Shown: piece after piece, positions 35,424 through 44,343 of the stretch
Layout of the letters: each line of letters opens with the position of its first letter
Numbering within the stretch: the stretch's first letter is position 1
Assembly: GCA_030591505.1 (NCBI GenBank)
Contig: JAUVAY010000002.1
Span: 1-52,446 of the forward strand
Direction of reading: 5' to 3'
DNA length: 52,446 bases
Origin: Flavobacteriales bacterium
GTDB lineage: Bacteria > Bacteroidota > Bacteroidia > Flavobacteriales_D > JAHECK01
Notes under the pieces: generated by a model
Told to the model about the DNA's origin: nothing
The model's input: the letters and a program-made list of their open reading frames with translations, nothing else
Databases searched by the model: none
Made by a program: the position numbers and the translations under genes

Positions 35424-38400
35424 ATGAAGAAACTTTCTTTTAGCTTGTTTCTTGTGTTTATTACATTTTTTCCTGCCGGAGCGCAGGATTTTTTCTTTCA
35501 AAATTATTCAACAAGTCAAGGGCTGGCCGGTTCAAAAGTGTATTGTATTGAAGAGGATAGTCAGCATTTTATCTGGTTAGGTACTGAGTATGGAGTATCT
35601 CGCTTCGATGGTAGTTCTTTTATCAGTTATACTACAGAAGAAGGATTATCTGAAGGTGGAGTAAAGTGTATGATAGAAGATCAATTTGGTCAGCTGATAT
35701 TTGGTCATTATGAAGGAGGGATTAGCATTTTAAAAGACGGGTTAGTATCAAGTCTTGATAGCCTTAATATTAAAGGAGATATTCACGACTTATTTATTGA
35801 TGGTGATATTCTTTGGATTGCTACTTATGGCTCAGGAGTATTTAAGGTTTCCGAAAAGAATGGGGAATGGGATTGGTATCATGCTTCTCAATATATGGGG
35901 AAGGAAGGCTTGAGTGATCGAGTTTTCGATGTATTGAAATTAAGTTCCGGAGAAGTTCTTTTTGTAACGGATCCGGCATTGAAATATTTAGACACTGAAA
36001 CGGAGGACTTTAAATTCTATAAGCAAGGAGTGATTCCAGCCTATTTTCAAGTAACAAGCCTGCAGGAGTCTGATAAAGGATTTTTGTATTTAGGAACCTT
36101 TAATGGCGGTGTGTACAGATTGAATTTGAAAAATGACGCCATTACCTTTTTTGATGAGAAGAAAGGTCTTTCACATAATTTTATCACTTCGGTACAAGAA
36201 GATAAAGACGGGTTGATCTGGGTTGGAACATTTGGTGGTGGAGTCAATATTATTAAAAATGATGAGATTATAACAGTTGATTTGAATCAAGGAATACTTG
36301 ATGATTTTATTCAAGCAATTATGGTCAATAAGGAAGGAATGGTACTAATTGCAACCAATTCTAATGGCTTGCAAATCTTTAAAGGCTTTCAATTTGGTAG
36401 TACACGTAAATTCGGTGATGAGAGTTTTTCTATTAGTGCTTTGACGAAAATAAATTCTGATTATTATGGTGTTACCTCTACAGGAATATTAAAATTCAAC
36501 CTAAATGAGAAAGCTCCTCTTGCATATGATCAATTAGAATTATTTGAAACAGAGCAGAATTTTAAATTTATCAAGAAGGATAAAAATGGCTTGCTTTGGT
36601 TGGCCTCTGAATTTGAAGGCGTTTTTTCTTTTAACCCTCAAAACGGAGAATTAATAAAAATCAAGTCATTAACAGCCTATTTATACATCAATAACAAAAT
36701 CACTTCTTTTGAAATTGATGACAATGGAAATCTATGGATAGGTACTATTAACGGACTTCTTTATTATAACAAGCTTACTGAGGAAGTGCAACTTTTGTCT
36801 CAAGAGGATGATTTGATCAGTAGAGATATTAGTGTAGTTTACAATTTAAATGATACCATTTTTGTAGGGTTTAGGGATAATAGAGGAGGTATCAATTATA
36901 TTATTGATAAACAGGTTTATAGGGTCCGAATTCCTTATGTAATTACGCCAACGAGCTTTCTGAAAAAAGGAAGTGAATTGTGGATAGGAACAATGAATCA
37001 TGGTGTGTTTGTCTTGGAGAATGACAGTATTAAGTATCGTGTAAATAGTAAAAACGGACTGATCAATGACCATGTACAATTTGTTCAAAAAGATCTCGAA
37101 GGTGGTATATGGATAGGGAATAATCAAGGAATCAATGCAATTCGAAATTTTGAAAGCAGATGGGTGGAACAATATGATAATGAACAAGGGGTTTTAAATG
37201 AGCAAATACTACGTAATTCAACTTTTGTTGACGAAAAGAACAGAATGTGGATCGCTACAAGTACTGATATGATCCTAAATAATATCAGCAATCGACCAAA
37301 GAGTATTAGCCCTAGTCAACCCTTAATTGAATCTATTTATATTAATGATGAAAAAGTTATAAATCATGAATTGGACAAACTTAATCATACAAAGAATGAT
37401 ATTGTTTTTAAGATCGCCTCTCCTAATTTATATGCCCCTAAAAAGACCATTTATCATTATAAAATCGAAGGGTATAATGAAAATTGGATCAAGTTAAATG
37501 AAGAGCAAGACATCAATTTAATAAACCTAGGTTCAGGCTCCTATTCGTTAAAATTGAAGGCGATAGGCTTTGATGGAACGGAATTGTCAATTGATGAACC
37601 ATTGGAATGGACCATAAAACCTCCCTGGTATTTTTCAATTTGGTTTATAGGTAGTGTAGTTATTTTAATTATTATCGTAATTAGGGTTTACATTCACATA
37701 CGTGAACGAAATTTAAAAAGAGAAAAAGAAGTTCTTGAGGAAAGAGTTAAAGAACGTACTCGGTTGATCGTTTTAAAAAACAAACAATTGGCTCAAAAAA
37801 ATAAGGATGTTACCGATAGCATACATTATGCCAGTAGAATACAAAAAGCGGTATTGCCTAGAACCACCCTTTTAGATCCTTATGGCTTTATTTATTTTAG
37901 ACCCAAGGATATAGTTTCCGGTGATTTTTATTTTATATCCTATCAGGATGATACTATCTATATTTGTGCTGCTGATTGTACAGGACATGGTGTTCCTGGT
38001 GCCTTACTTTCAATTATGGGAAGAAATATAATGGATAGAATTATAAGTTCGTTTCCGGACATTCTTCCTGGAGAATTTCTGGACAAACTGAATAGACAAG
38101 TAGCAAGGACCCTCCAGAATGATGAAAATCAAACAATCAATGATGGAATGGACCTTGCTTTAGTTAAGGTTAATATTAGCGAAAGAAAATTATACTATGC
38201 AGGGGCTTATAATCCATTGTATTTGATTCGAAATGGAGAATTGCAGGAATTCAAAGCGGACCGTTTTTCGATAGGTAGTCAGAAAATAATGCCTGGTTTG
38301 AACTATACAACAAAGGAAATTGATATTGAATTGAAGGATAGGATATATTTGTTCTCAGATGGACTTCCAGATCAATTTGGTGGAAAGAAAGGAAAAAAAT

Positions 38401-38582
38401 TAAAAACTAGTGGACTTAAAAAATATTTACTATCCATACAAGATATAGATGTCCAAAAACAATTGGTCAAGATAAGTGATCATAAAATTGATTGGCAAGG
38501 AGAAGAAGAGCAAGTGGATGATATTTTACTTATTGGATTTGAAATTGATAAAGGCATTTTAAAAAGTAGTAAGAATGGGTAA
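35424..38582 (+). CDS. Sensor phosphatase: periplasmic two-component-regulator beta-propeller (Reg_prop) + Y_Y_Y domain, one TM helix, coiled coil, cytoplasmic PP2C/SpoIIE phosphatase
   Basis: 1052 aa with a signal peptide. Repeated 'WIGT..G(L/V)..' propeller blades are present. 'IYHYKIEGYNENWIKL' is the Y_Y_Y region. The TM helix 'WYFSIWFIGSVVILIIIVIRVYI' is at about 37627-37695. PP2C blocks are 'SGDFYF', 'DCTGHGVPGALLS', 'NDGMDLALV', 'SDGLPDQFGG' and 'DDILLIGFEI'. Confidence 0.8.
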   Translation: MKKLSFSLFLVFITFFPAGAQDFFFQNYSTSQGLAGSKVYCIEEDSQHFIWLGTEYGVSRFDGSSFISYTTEEGLSEGGVKCMIEDQFGQLIFGHYEGGISILKDGLVSSLDSLNIKGDIHDLFIDGDILWIATYGSGVFKVSEKNGEWDWYHASQYMGKEGLSDRVFDVLKLSSGEVLFVTDPALKYLDTETEDFKFYKQGVIPAYFQVTSLQESDKGFLYLGTFNGGVYRLNLKNDAITFFDEKKGLSHNFITSVQEDKDGLIWVGTFGGGVNIIKNDEIITVDLNQGILDDFIQAIMVNKEGMVLIATNSNGLQIFKGFQFGSTRKFGDESFSISALTKINSDYYGVTSTGILKFNLNEKAPLAYDQLELFETEQNFKFIKKDKNGLLWLASEFEGVFSFNPQNGELIKIKSLTAYLYINNKITSFEIDDNGNLWIGTINGLLYYNKLTEEVQLLSQEDDLISRDISVVYNLNDTIFVGFRDNRGGINYIIDKQVYRVRIPYVITPTSFLKKGSELWIGTMNHGVFVLENDSIKYRVNSKNGLINDHVQFVQKDLEGGIWIGNNQGINAIRNFESRWVEQYDNEQGVLNEQILRNSTFVDEKNRMWIATSTDMILNNISNRPKSISPSQPLIESIYINDEKVINHELDKLNHTKNDIVFKIASPNLYAPKKTIYHYKIEGYNENWIKLNEEQDINLINLGSGSYSLKLKAIGFDGTELSIDEPLEWTIKPPWYFSIWFIGSVVILIIIVIRVYIHIRERNLKREKEVLEERVKERTRLIVLKNKQLAQKNKDVTDSIHYASRIQKAVLPRTTLLDPYGFIYFRPKDIVSGDFYFISYQDDTIYICAADCTGHGVPGALLSIMGRNIMDRIISSFPDILPGEFLDKLNRQVARTLQNDENQTINDGMDLALVKVNISERKLYYAGAYNPLYLIRNGELQEFKADRFSIGSQKIMPGLNYTTKEIDIELKDRIYLFSDGLPDQFGGKKGKKLKTSGLKKYLLSIQDIDVQKQLVKISDHKIDWQGEEEQVDDILLIGFEIDKGILKSSKNG

Positions 38583-39111
38583 AACAATTTGTATTTATTG
38601 CGCATCCAGCAGCAATATTGATGAGAAGTATTTTAAAGAGGCGGAGCGTATTGCTGAAATAATGGTAGAAAGAAAGATCATTACCGTTTTTGGTGGTGGA
38701 TCTACTGGATTGATGGGGTGTATTGCTGATAAGGTGATAGAGTTAAATGGTGAGATCATAGGAATCATGCCTAATTTTATGAAAGCAATTGAATGGGACC
38801 ATAAAGGAGTTTATAATTTTCATTTTGTTGAAGATATGCATGCAAGGAAGAAAAAATTTATAGATTCTTCCGATGCCTTGATTGCCCTTCCAGGTGGGAC
38901 AGGTACCTTGGAGGAATTACTTGAAGCGATTACCTTAAAACGATTAGGTCTTCATTCTCTTCCCATCTATATTGTAAATACTGATGGATATTATGATCCA
39001 TTGATAGAAATGTTAAATCGGACAATTGAAGAAAAATTTATGAAGGAAGATGATGATAAATTATGGACAATAGTAAATGATGCAGAGGATTTAATATTTT
39101 ATCTGGATTAG
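38575..39111 (+). CDS. LOG-family (TIGR00730-type) nucleotide N-glycosidase / cytokinin riboside 5'-monophosphate phosphoribohydrolase-like protein
   Basis: 178 aa with 'VFGGGSTGLMG', 'MHARKKK' and 'PGGTGTLEELLE' motifs. Its start overlaps the phosphatase stop (ATGGGTAA, 38575-38582). Confidence 0.8.
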   Translation: MGKTICIYCASSSNIDEKYFKEAERIAEIMVERKIITVFGGGSTGLMGCIADKVIELNGEIIGIMPNFMKAIEWDHKGVYNFHFVEDMHARKKKFIDSSDALIALPGGTGTLEELLEAITLKRLGLHSLPIYIVNTDGYYDPLIEMLNRTIEEKFMKEDDDKLWTIVNDAEDLIFYLD

Positions 39112-39149
39112 ATTTATTGAAATGAAATTACATACATCGATCGAATTTA

Positions 39150-39157
39150 TATCTTTG
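39150..39157 (+). promoter_or_regulatory. Candidate -7 promoter box (TAnnTTTG) for fabI
   Basis: Exact match 'TATCTTTG', 22 nt upstream of the ATG at 39180. Confidence 0.35.
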
Positions 39158-39179
39158 TCCCCAAACTAAAGAAATAACT

Positions 39180-39995
39180 ATGTCAAACGGACTGTTAAAA
39201 GGAAAAAAAGGAATCATTTTTGGCGCACTTAATAATATGTCAATTGCCTGGAAAGTGGCAGAGATTGCACACGAGCAAGGAGCTGAATTTGTTTTAACCA
39301 ATGCCCCGATAGCACTACGAATGGGAGAGATCAATGAACTGGCGGAAAAAACCAATTCTCAATTGATACCTGCAGATGCTACTTCTGAAGAGGATCTTGC
39401 TAATCTCTTTACAAAGGCACAAGAAATTTTAGGTGGTAAATTAGATTTTGTTCTTCATTCGATCGGAATGTCTCCGAACGTAAGAAAAGGAAAGCACTAT
39501 ACTGATACTAACTATGATTGGTACCATAAAACGATGGATATTTCAGCTATATCACTTCATAAAACATTGGCTGTTGCCTATAAGCAAGATGCAATGAAAG
39601 ACTGGGGTTCGGTTGTAGCATTGAGCTATATTGCTGCTCAACGTGTATTCCCGGATTATAATGATATGGCTGATGCGAAAGCTTTATTAGAGTCTATCAC
39701 AAGAAATTTTGGTTATCAGTTTGGTATAAAAAATAAGGTTCGTGTGAATACGATCTCGCAATCTCCAACCATGACAACCGCAGGAAGTGGAGTTAAAGGC
39801 TTTACCGAGTTTGTTTCTTTTGCCGAGGAGATGAGTCCATTGGGTAACGCATCTGCTGAAGCTTGTGCTAACTATACCGTTTCACTTTTTTCTGATCTTA
39901 CACGCTATGTGACCATGCAAAATCTTTTCCATGATGGTGGCTTTTCATTTACAGGTGTTAGTCAGGATGTGATTAATAAATACGTGAAAGAATAA
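39180..39995 (+). CDS. fabI: Enoyl-[acyl-carrier-protein] reductase (NADH), FabI type
   Basis: 271 aa with 'GKKGIIFGALNNMSIAWKVA' (Rossmann/FabI signature), 'LHSIGMSP' and a Tyr...Lys active-site region ('SYIAAQRVFPDYNDMADAKAALE'-like). Confidence 0.85.
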   Translation: MSNGLLKGKKGIIFGALNNMSIAWKVAEIAHEQGAEFVLTNAPIALRMGEINELAEKTNSQLIPADATSEEDLANLFTKAQEILGGKLDFVLHSIGMSPNVRKGKHYTDTNYDWYHKTMDISAISLHKTLAVAYKQDAMKDWGSVVALSYIAAQRVFPDYNDMADAKALLESITRNFGYQFGIKNKVRVNTISQSPTMTTAGSGVKGFTEFVSFAEEMSPLGNASAEACANYTVSLFSDLTRYVTMQNLFHDGGFSFTGVSQDVINKYVKE

Positions 39996-40018
39996 GAATT
40001 CATTTATTAGAAAATATT

Positions 40019-40047
40019 AGCCCTGACATTATTGTCAGGGCTTTTTT
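40019..40047. terminator. Rho-independent terminator, probably bidirectional (between convergent fabI and the DUF2911 gene)
   Basis: A 10-bp perfect stem, AGCCCTGACA (40019-40028) / TGTCAGGGCT (40033-40042), has loop TTAT and is followed by a T-run to 40047. An A/T-rich tract precedes it for the opposite strand. Confidence 0.7.
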
Positions 40048-40062
40048 GTGAGTTTTATTTAA

Positions 40063-41184
40063 CTAACTATCAATATCAACTCCCATCTCTTTTAATAATC
40101 GAGTTGAATTTGCTTTTACATTTGCAGGAGGATCCAAAGAAAGTGACTTCTTTAAATATTTTGTAGCATTTTTAGTATCACCACTGATCTTATACGCCTC
40201 ACCTAAACTATCATAAACATTAGGATCTGTTTTATTTCTTTTTACATTTAAAGTGAAGTACTCACTGGCTTTATCGTAATTTTTCTTTCCTAACATCTGA
40301 TATCCAAGTGCATTTAATTCAGCATTTGTTGAAGTAGCTACCAGATCATCATACATCTTTATAGCTTCATCAGATTTACCTTGTGCTTCTAGTATTCCAG
40401 CTTTAAGGGTTAAAGTCTGAAAATTGCTATTTCTACTAACAGCAATATCAGCCCATGCGCTTGCTTGGTCTAGATGAACATTATTGTTAATGCAAAAATT
40501 AGCAGCAGTAACATATGCTTGCCATCCAAAACCAACAGATCCTCTCAATTGATCTTTATAGCTCTCATATACGAGCTCCGTTGTATTGATGTCGATTCTA
40601 AATGGAATCATTTTTTCTTCCCACATTAACGCAAGTACTGTGAAATCTGTACCGTAGTCGATAAAATCATAAGTCAAGACATTCGTTTTTGCATGATCGC
40701 TAAGTTTTGTATCAACACGAAGTACATCCTCACTTTCATTATAATGAAAACTGCCCCAAGAACTATAATTTGATGAAAAGATAACAGTTACTTTTCCATC
40801 CTCATATAAAGCCATATGTAAGCCGTAAGTTCCTGCACTAAGTTCTTTTCCTTCTACCTTCACATCATCTGAGAAAGTGATAATAGTATTTTCGTTGGCC
40901 CCGGCTCTCCAAGGAATATCTCCTTGTGCTCCGAAATTTGTTTTATTAAATCCATAAGGTATTTGTGTTCCCCAGATATTTCCTGTACGATCCGTACCTC
41001 TTAAAATAACATTTGGACGAGAATAAATAACGGATATTTCAGTCAGGCCGATCGTTTGTTTAACCTCAGCTTGTGGACTTACAGGACGAGGAGTTAGCAA
41101 ATTCTGAGCGAAACTGTTTCCGCTTAAGAATAGTAAAAGCAATAAAAATGAATAAGATAAAGTAGTGTGTAGTGATTGTTTCAT
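40063..41184 (-). CDS. DUF2911-domain protein with C-terminal TPR repeats (exported)
   Basis: 373 aa with signal 'SGNSFAQ'. 'SPQAEVKQTIGLTEISVIYSRP...WRAGANENTIITFSDDVKVEGKELSAGTYGLH' matches my memory of the DUF2911 family. The C-terminal third is TPR-like. Confidence 0.6.
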   Translation of the reverse strand: MKQSLHTTLSYSFLLLLLFLSGNSFAQNLLTPRPVSPQAEVKQTIGLTEISVIYSRPNVILRGTDRTGNIWGTQIPYGFNKTNFGAQGDIPWRAGANENTIITFSDDVKVEGKELSAGTYGLHMALYEDGKVTVIFSSNYSSWGSFHYNESEDVLRVDTKLSDHAKTNVLTYDFIDYGTDFTVLALMWEEKMIPFRIDINTTELVYESYKDQLRGSVGFGWQAYVTAANFCINNNVHLDQASAWADIAVSRNSNFQTLTLKAGILEAQGKSDEAIKMYDDLVATSTNAELNALGYQMLGKKNYDKASEYFTLNVKRNKTDPNVYDSLGEAYKISGDTKNATKYLKKSLSLDPPANVKANSTRLLKEMGVDIDS

Positions 41185-41312
41185 TGTTTGTGTTTTAGTG
41201 ATTTATTGAAGGCAAAATAACGCTAAGAACTAGCGACAATGAAAGTAAATGTGCTTAACGGAAATAAACGTGGTAGAAAGCACAAGGTTTTGCTGGAAGA
41301 AAAAAGTAAAAC

Positions 41313-41663
41313 TTAATTATTCCCAAATAGAGATTTGTCAATATGAAGCCCCTCATCACTTTTAGACTGTAAAAGGGTAAAGCGGAATAGTTTGTTGTTT
41401 TGAGATATACTGCAATAACGACCGTGTGATAAGTGGGTGAATTCATACGTTTTATTGCTAATAAAACCTACTTGATCAGTTATAAATAAGCGATCAAATT
41501 GTACCACTCCATCCATTCCATATCGACGAATTCGGTAGAGTCGTTTGTCAACATCATTTTCGTCTATCACAAACCACTGACCACTATCTTTACCCGCGAG
41601 CCATTGTGCATGTTCAGGTAAATGTTCAGGTCTGTCCGGTTCAGGATGTTGAATATTGATCAT
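41313..41663 (-). CDS. Hypothetical protein (116 aa)
   Basis: The ORF overlaps the stop of the upstream NRDE gene by 4 nt (ATGA). No domain recognised. Confidence 0.45.
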   Translation of the reverse strand: MINIQHPEPDRPEHLPEHAQWLAGKDSGQWFVIDENDVDKRLYRIRRYGMDGVVQFDRLFITDQVGFISNKTYEFTHLSHGRYCSISQNNKLFRFTLLQSKSDEGLHIDKSLFGNN

Positions 41664-42373
41664 TTATTATCTATTGTTATATCACGGTCAATTCCGCTGA
41701 CTAAATTATGATAGTTAAATTTAGTTTTTTCTTTTGAAACGAGTAATTGAGAAATGCTTATGGTGCGAAACCCAAAGCCCCTATCAATTTTAATGTTGTT
41801 TTGTTGGTCTGAATGTTCTCCAAATTCATGAAATTCAATCAATTTATTTGCGCTAATTTCATCAGTAATAAGAGTTTTAAACCAAGTTTCTCTCCGCTTC
41901 CTGATTTCAGTGGAGTATAATTGAGCAGAAGACCAGATATGAGCTTCTTTAGCAGATATCACTTTGAAGTGAACATTTTCCCCATCCCATCTTAGCTCTT
42001 CAATGATGTCATGCTTGTGCATATTATAACTTACAATTGTAAATGGTTCAATGTCAGCTAATGAATAGGATGATTTGAATTCATCTAATGAAGGGTAATC
42101 GAAAGTGTCAAGTAAAATGATCCCTCGGCTTTTTCGATAAGGAGGGAGATGTTTATGAGCTTTAAAAGCTCCATTTAATAGTATAGAAACTCGTTGTGAA
42201 TCACTGCTTGCTAACCAGGTTCCGCCAGCTTGTGGATCCTGAGGGAAGTAAATTTTTGATCCCTTCCTTTCTTCGATCACAGGAAATTGAGTGTCTGCCC
42301 GACTCACGTGTTCATCGCGATTCGACGTAAAGACCACTTCATCTTTTAAAGGAATATAAGTAAGGGTACACAT
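41660..42373 (-). CDS. NRDE-family (TANGO2/DUF833-like) protein
   Basis: 237 aa starting 'MCTLTY' (Met-Cys N-terminus typical of this Ntn-hydrolase-like family). The eponymous 'SNRDEH' motif is present. Confidence 0.7.
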   Translation of the reverse strand: MCTLTYIPLKDEVVFTSNRDEHVSRADTQFPVIEERKGSKIYFPQDPQAGGTWLASSDSQRVSILLNGAFKAHKHLPPYRKSRGIILLDTFDYPSLDEFKSSYSLADIEPFTIVSYNMHKHDIIEELRWDGENVHFKVISAKEAHIWSSAQLYSTEIRKRRETWFKTLITDEISANKLIEFHEFGEHSDQQNNIKIDRGFGFRTISISQLLVSKEKTKFNYHNLVSGIDRDITIDNK

Positions 42374-42424
42374 TGTACTATATTAGTGTCGAAAAGTAAG
42401 AAAACAATACGAAGAAAAATGATA

Positions 42425-43138
42425 TTAAGCGACAGAATGGTCTTCACCAGATAAATTCAGATCAAGACTTGTGGAGAAGTTAAATTCACTCGGACTTACT
42501 AAGCGATATTTAACAGCATACATTACAATAGCTGCAGTATTATTTACACCTAATTTGGCCATTATATTTTTGCGGTGTGTATTAACAGTATGCGTTGATA
42601 TAAAGAGATTTTCAGCTATTTGATTATTCGTATTCCCTTCAGCTATCAATTGAATGATCTCTAATTCTCTCTGCGATAATGAAACAGGTAAACAAGAAAG
42701 TGCCTCATAATCCAAATGATCTATATTGATGTCATTTCGCTGTATGGTCTCTAAAATTCGACCGCAGAAAAACTTATCTCCATTAGCCGTACTTGGTATT
42801 GAATCTTGTATCTCCTGCTCGTCACAATCCTTCTTTATATAACTATTAATTCCATGACGAATCGCATTGATTAGCACTTCTCTGGATTGCAAAGGAGTAA
42901 TGGCTAAAAAGTGTACCTCAGGATATAAACTCTTGCATTCTGAAACAACTTCGATATTAAAATTTTCAGAAGTATAATCGATCATTACCACATCCACGGA
43001 TACCTTAGAAAGGATGTTTTTTAACTCTTCATTCGACTTTGCCTCACCAACAATTTTAATCTCTTTGTTCTTTTCAAAAATTGTTTTTAAACCAATTCTC
43101 GATAAGTCACTGTAGTCGGCGAGTAAGAGACGGATCAT
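42425..43138 (-). CDS. NarL/FixJ (LuxR-type HTH) response regulator, no cognate kinase in window
   Basis: 237 aa. The REC domain has 'DVVMIDY' (phospho-acceptor Asp), 'LAITP' and 'YIKKD'. The C-terminal 'LSQRELEIIQLIAEGNTNNQIAENLFISTHTVNTHRKNIMAKLGV' is a LuxR HTH. Confidence 0.8.
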   Translation of the reverse strand: MIRLLLADYSDLSRIGLKTIFEKNKEIKIVGEAKSNEELKNILSKVSVDVVMIDYTSENFNIEVVSECKSLYPEVHFLAITPLQSREVLINAIRHGINSYIKKDCDEQEIQDSIPSTANGDKFFCGRILETIQRNDINIDHLDYEALSCLPVSLSQRELEIIQLIAEGNTNNQIAENLFISTHTVNTHRKNIMAKLGVNNTAAIVMYAVKYRLVSPSEFNFSTSLDLNLSGEDHSVA

Positions 43139-43291
43139 TTCTTATTTAGATTCATTATAAACTAGAACAAATGTACAAGAATTTTAATTGAGTTGAATAT
43201 CAATCCCATCTTCTTTTTTCTTTGTGTAAAATTGTTTCAAAAGATGATGGGAATTAATCATCTTTACATTCACTAAAACAGAATCTTTATT

Positions 43292-43909
43292 TTGATTAGA
43301 AACTCGATTATATTTTTTACTTTTTTGTTTATCATTCAGCCTACTATCGCTCAAGAAAAAGTGTGTGTACCCAATGTTTGGAAAGGAGAGGTAATAAAAG
43401 GGAAAGTATTTCTTGAGAATGGTGATTCTCTTACAGGAAAGTTTACACATCTTACTCCTTATAATGACATCAAGACAACACATATAATTTATAAAGGCGG
43501 TAAGAATAAAAAATCAGAAATATACCGAAAGGATATTGCTGCTTATTATAATAAAAAGACAGATGAATATAGGAGGAAGGTCTATGTAGATAGCGATTCT
43601 GTATTTGTTAAGAAAAATTGCTTTTTTGATCAAGGTAGGTTTTTACTTGTTGTAGTAAAAGGAAAATACACGCTATTAAAGGATGAACTCAACTATCACT
43701 CAACTATTGCTGCTTATGGTCAAAGTAGAGCAACGGATATTTATTATATTCTTCCCCCAAATGGAAAGTTATTGAAAGTTCAAATCAATGATCTTAAAGC
43801 ACAAATTGGAAGCCTTTTATACGAAGAAGGGATTTCAGAATTTAAAAACAATGAAATAACTTCCGTAGATAATATGATAGAAGTTCTTAATTATATCAAC
43901 TCCAATTAA
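43292..43909 (+). CDS. Hypothetical exported protein
   Basis: 205 aa with a TTG start in the track and no in-frame ATG upstream. The N-terminus 'IIFFTFLFIIQPTIAQE' is signal-like. The start codon is uncertain. Confidence 0.45.
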   Translation: MIRNSIIFFTFLFIIQPTIAQEKVCVPNVWKGEVIKGKVFLENGDSLTGKFTHLTPYNDIKTTHIIYKGGKNKKSEIYRKDIAAYYNKKTDEYRRKVYVDSDSVFVKKNCFFDQGRFLLVVVKGKYTLLKDELNYHSTIAAYGQSRATDIYYILPPNGKLLKVQINDLKAQIGSLLYEEGISEFKNNEITSVDNMIEVLNYINSN

Positions 43910-44343
43910 TCGATCTTATAACCTACTTTAGGGTCGAGCTTTACTGATACCTTACTAAATACACCACTTCCGGAAGCGAGCTTTTCACCTTTTTCATTAT
44001 AGATCGTTCCTGATGCTGTAAATTCATTTCCCTCAAATTTTATCTCTTCCGACCTTGCTATCATTAGTCCATTTTGTATGGGTCTGTAAAATTGAATAGA
44101 AAATGTTTTCGTTACATAAAAGTATTCAGTCTCTTCCGACATTGCTGCGAAATAGCAAACATCATCTAGAAGTCTGAAATATACGGCTCCGTGTAAGCTT
44201 CCTCCTGCATGGTGATATGATTCATCGATAGGTAGGGTGATCTCAGCCTTAAGTTTTTTTATTTTTAAATCTATACCGGGAAATTTCTTCTGTATGGGTG
44301 CACTGCCATACATATTAATTAACTTTTGATAATGATCTTTCAC
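43906..44343 (-). CDS. Hotdog-fold thioesterase (PaaI/YbdB-like)
   Basis: 145 aa. 'HHAGGSLHGAVYFRLLDD' resembles the HGG...D active-site region of PaaI-type thioesterases. Its start overlaps the crotonase stop by 1 nt. Confidence 0.6.
   Translation of the reverse strand: MKDHYQKLINMYGSAPIQKKFPGIDLKIKKLKAEITLPIDESYHHAGGSLHGAVYFRLLDDVCYFAAMSEETEYFYVTKTFSIQFYRPIQNGLMIARSEEIKFEGNEFTASGTIYNEKGEKLASGSGVFSKVSVKLDPKVGYKID

Noticed and set aside
33058-39111. The caspase cassette interpreted as an anti-phage or abortive-infection defence system.
   Set aside because: The caspase protein carries a signal peptide, so it is extracytoplasmic. There is no NTPase/STAND, TIR, nuclease, cyclase or other sensor/effector typical of known caspase-associated conflict systems. 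There are no mobile-element neighbours, and the flanks are core genes (pseudouridine synthase, fabI). An envelope-signalling role seems more consistent. Defence is not strictly excluded.
38575-39111. The LOG-family gene interpreted as a simple housekeeping gene unrelated to its neighbours.
   Set aside because: This is not rejected outright, since LOG genes are common stand-alone genes. However, the 8-nt start/stop overlap with the phosphatase gene argues for co-translation, so I kept it inside the cassette hypothesis and flagged the uncertainty.
41253-41283. The inverted repeat GTGCTT...AAGCAC downstream of the 116-aa gene, considered as a terminator.
   Set aside because: The stem is only 6 bp with a roughly 19-nt loop, and no T-run follows on the relevant (minus) strand. 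This is not convincing.
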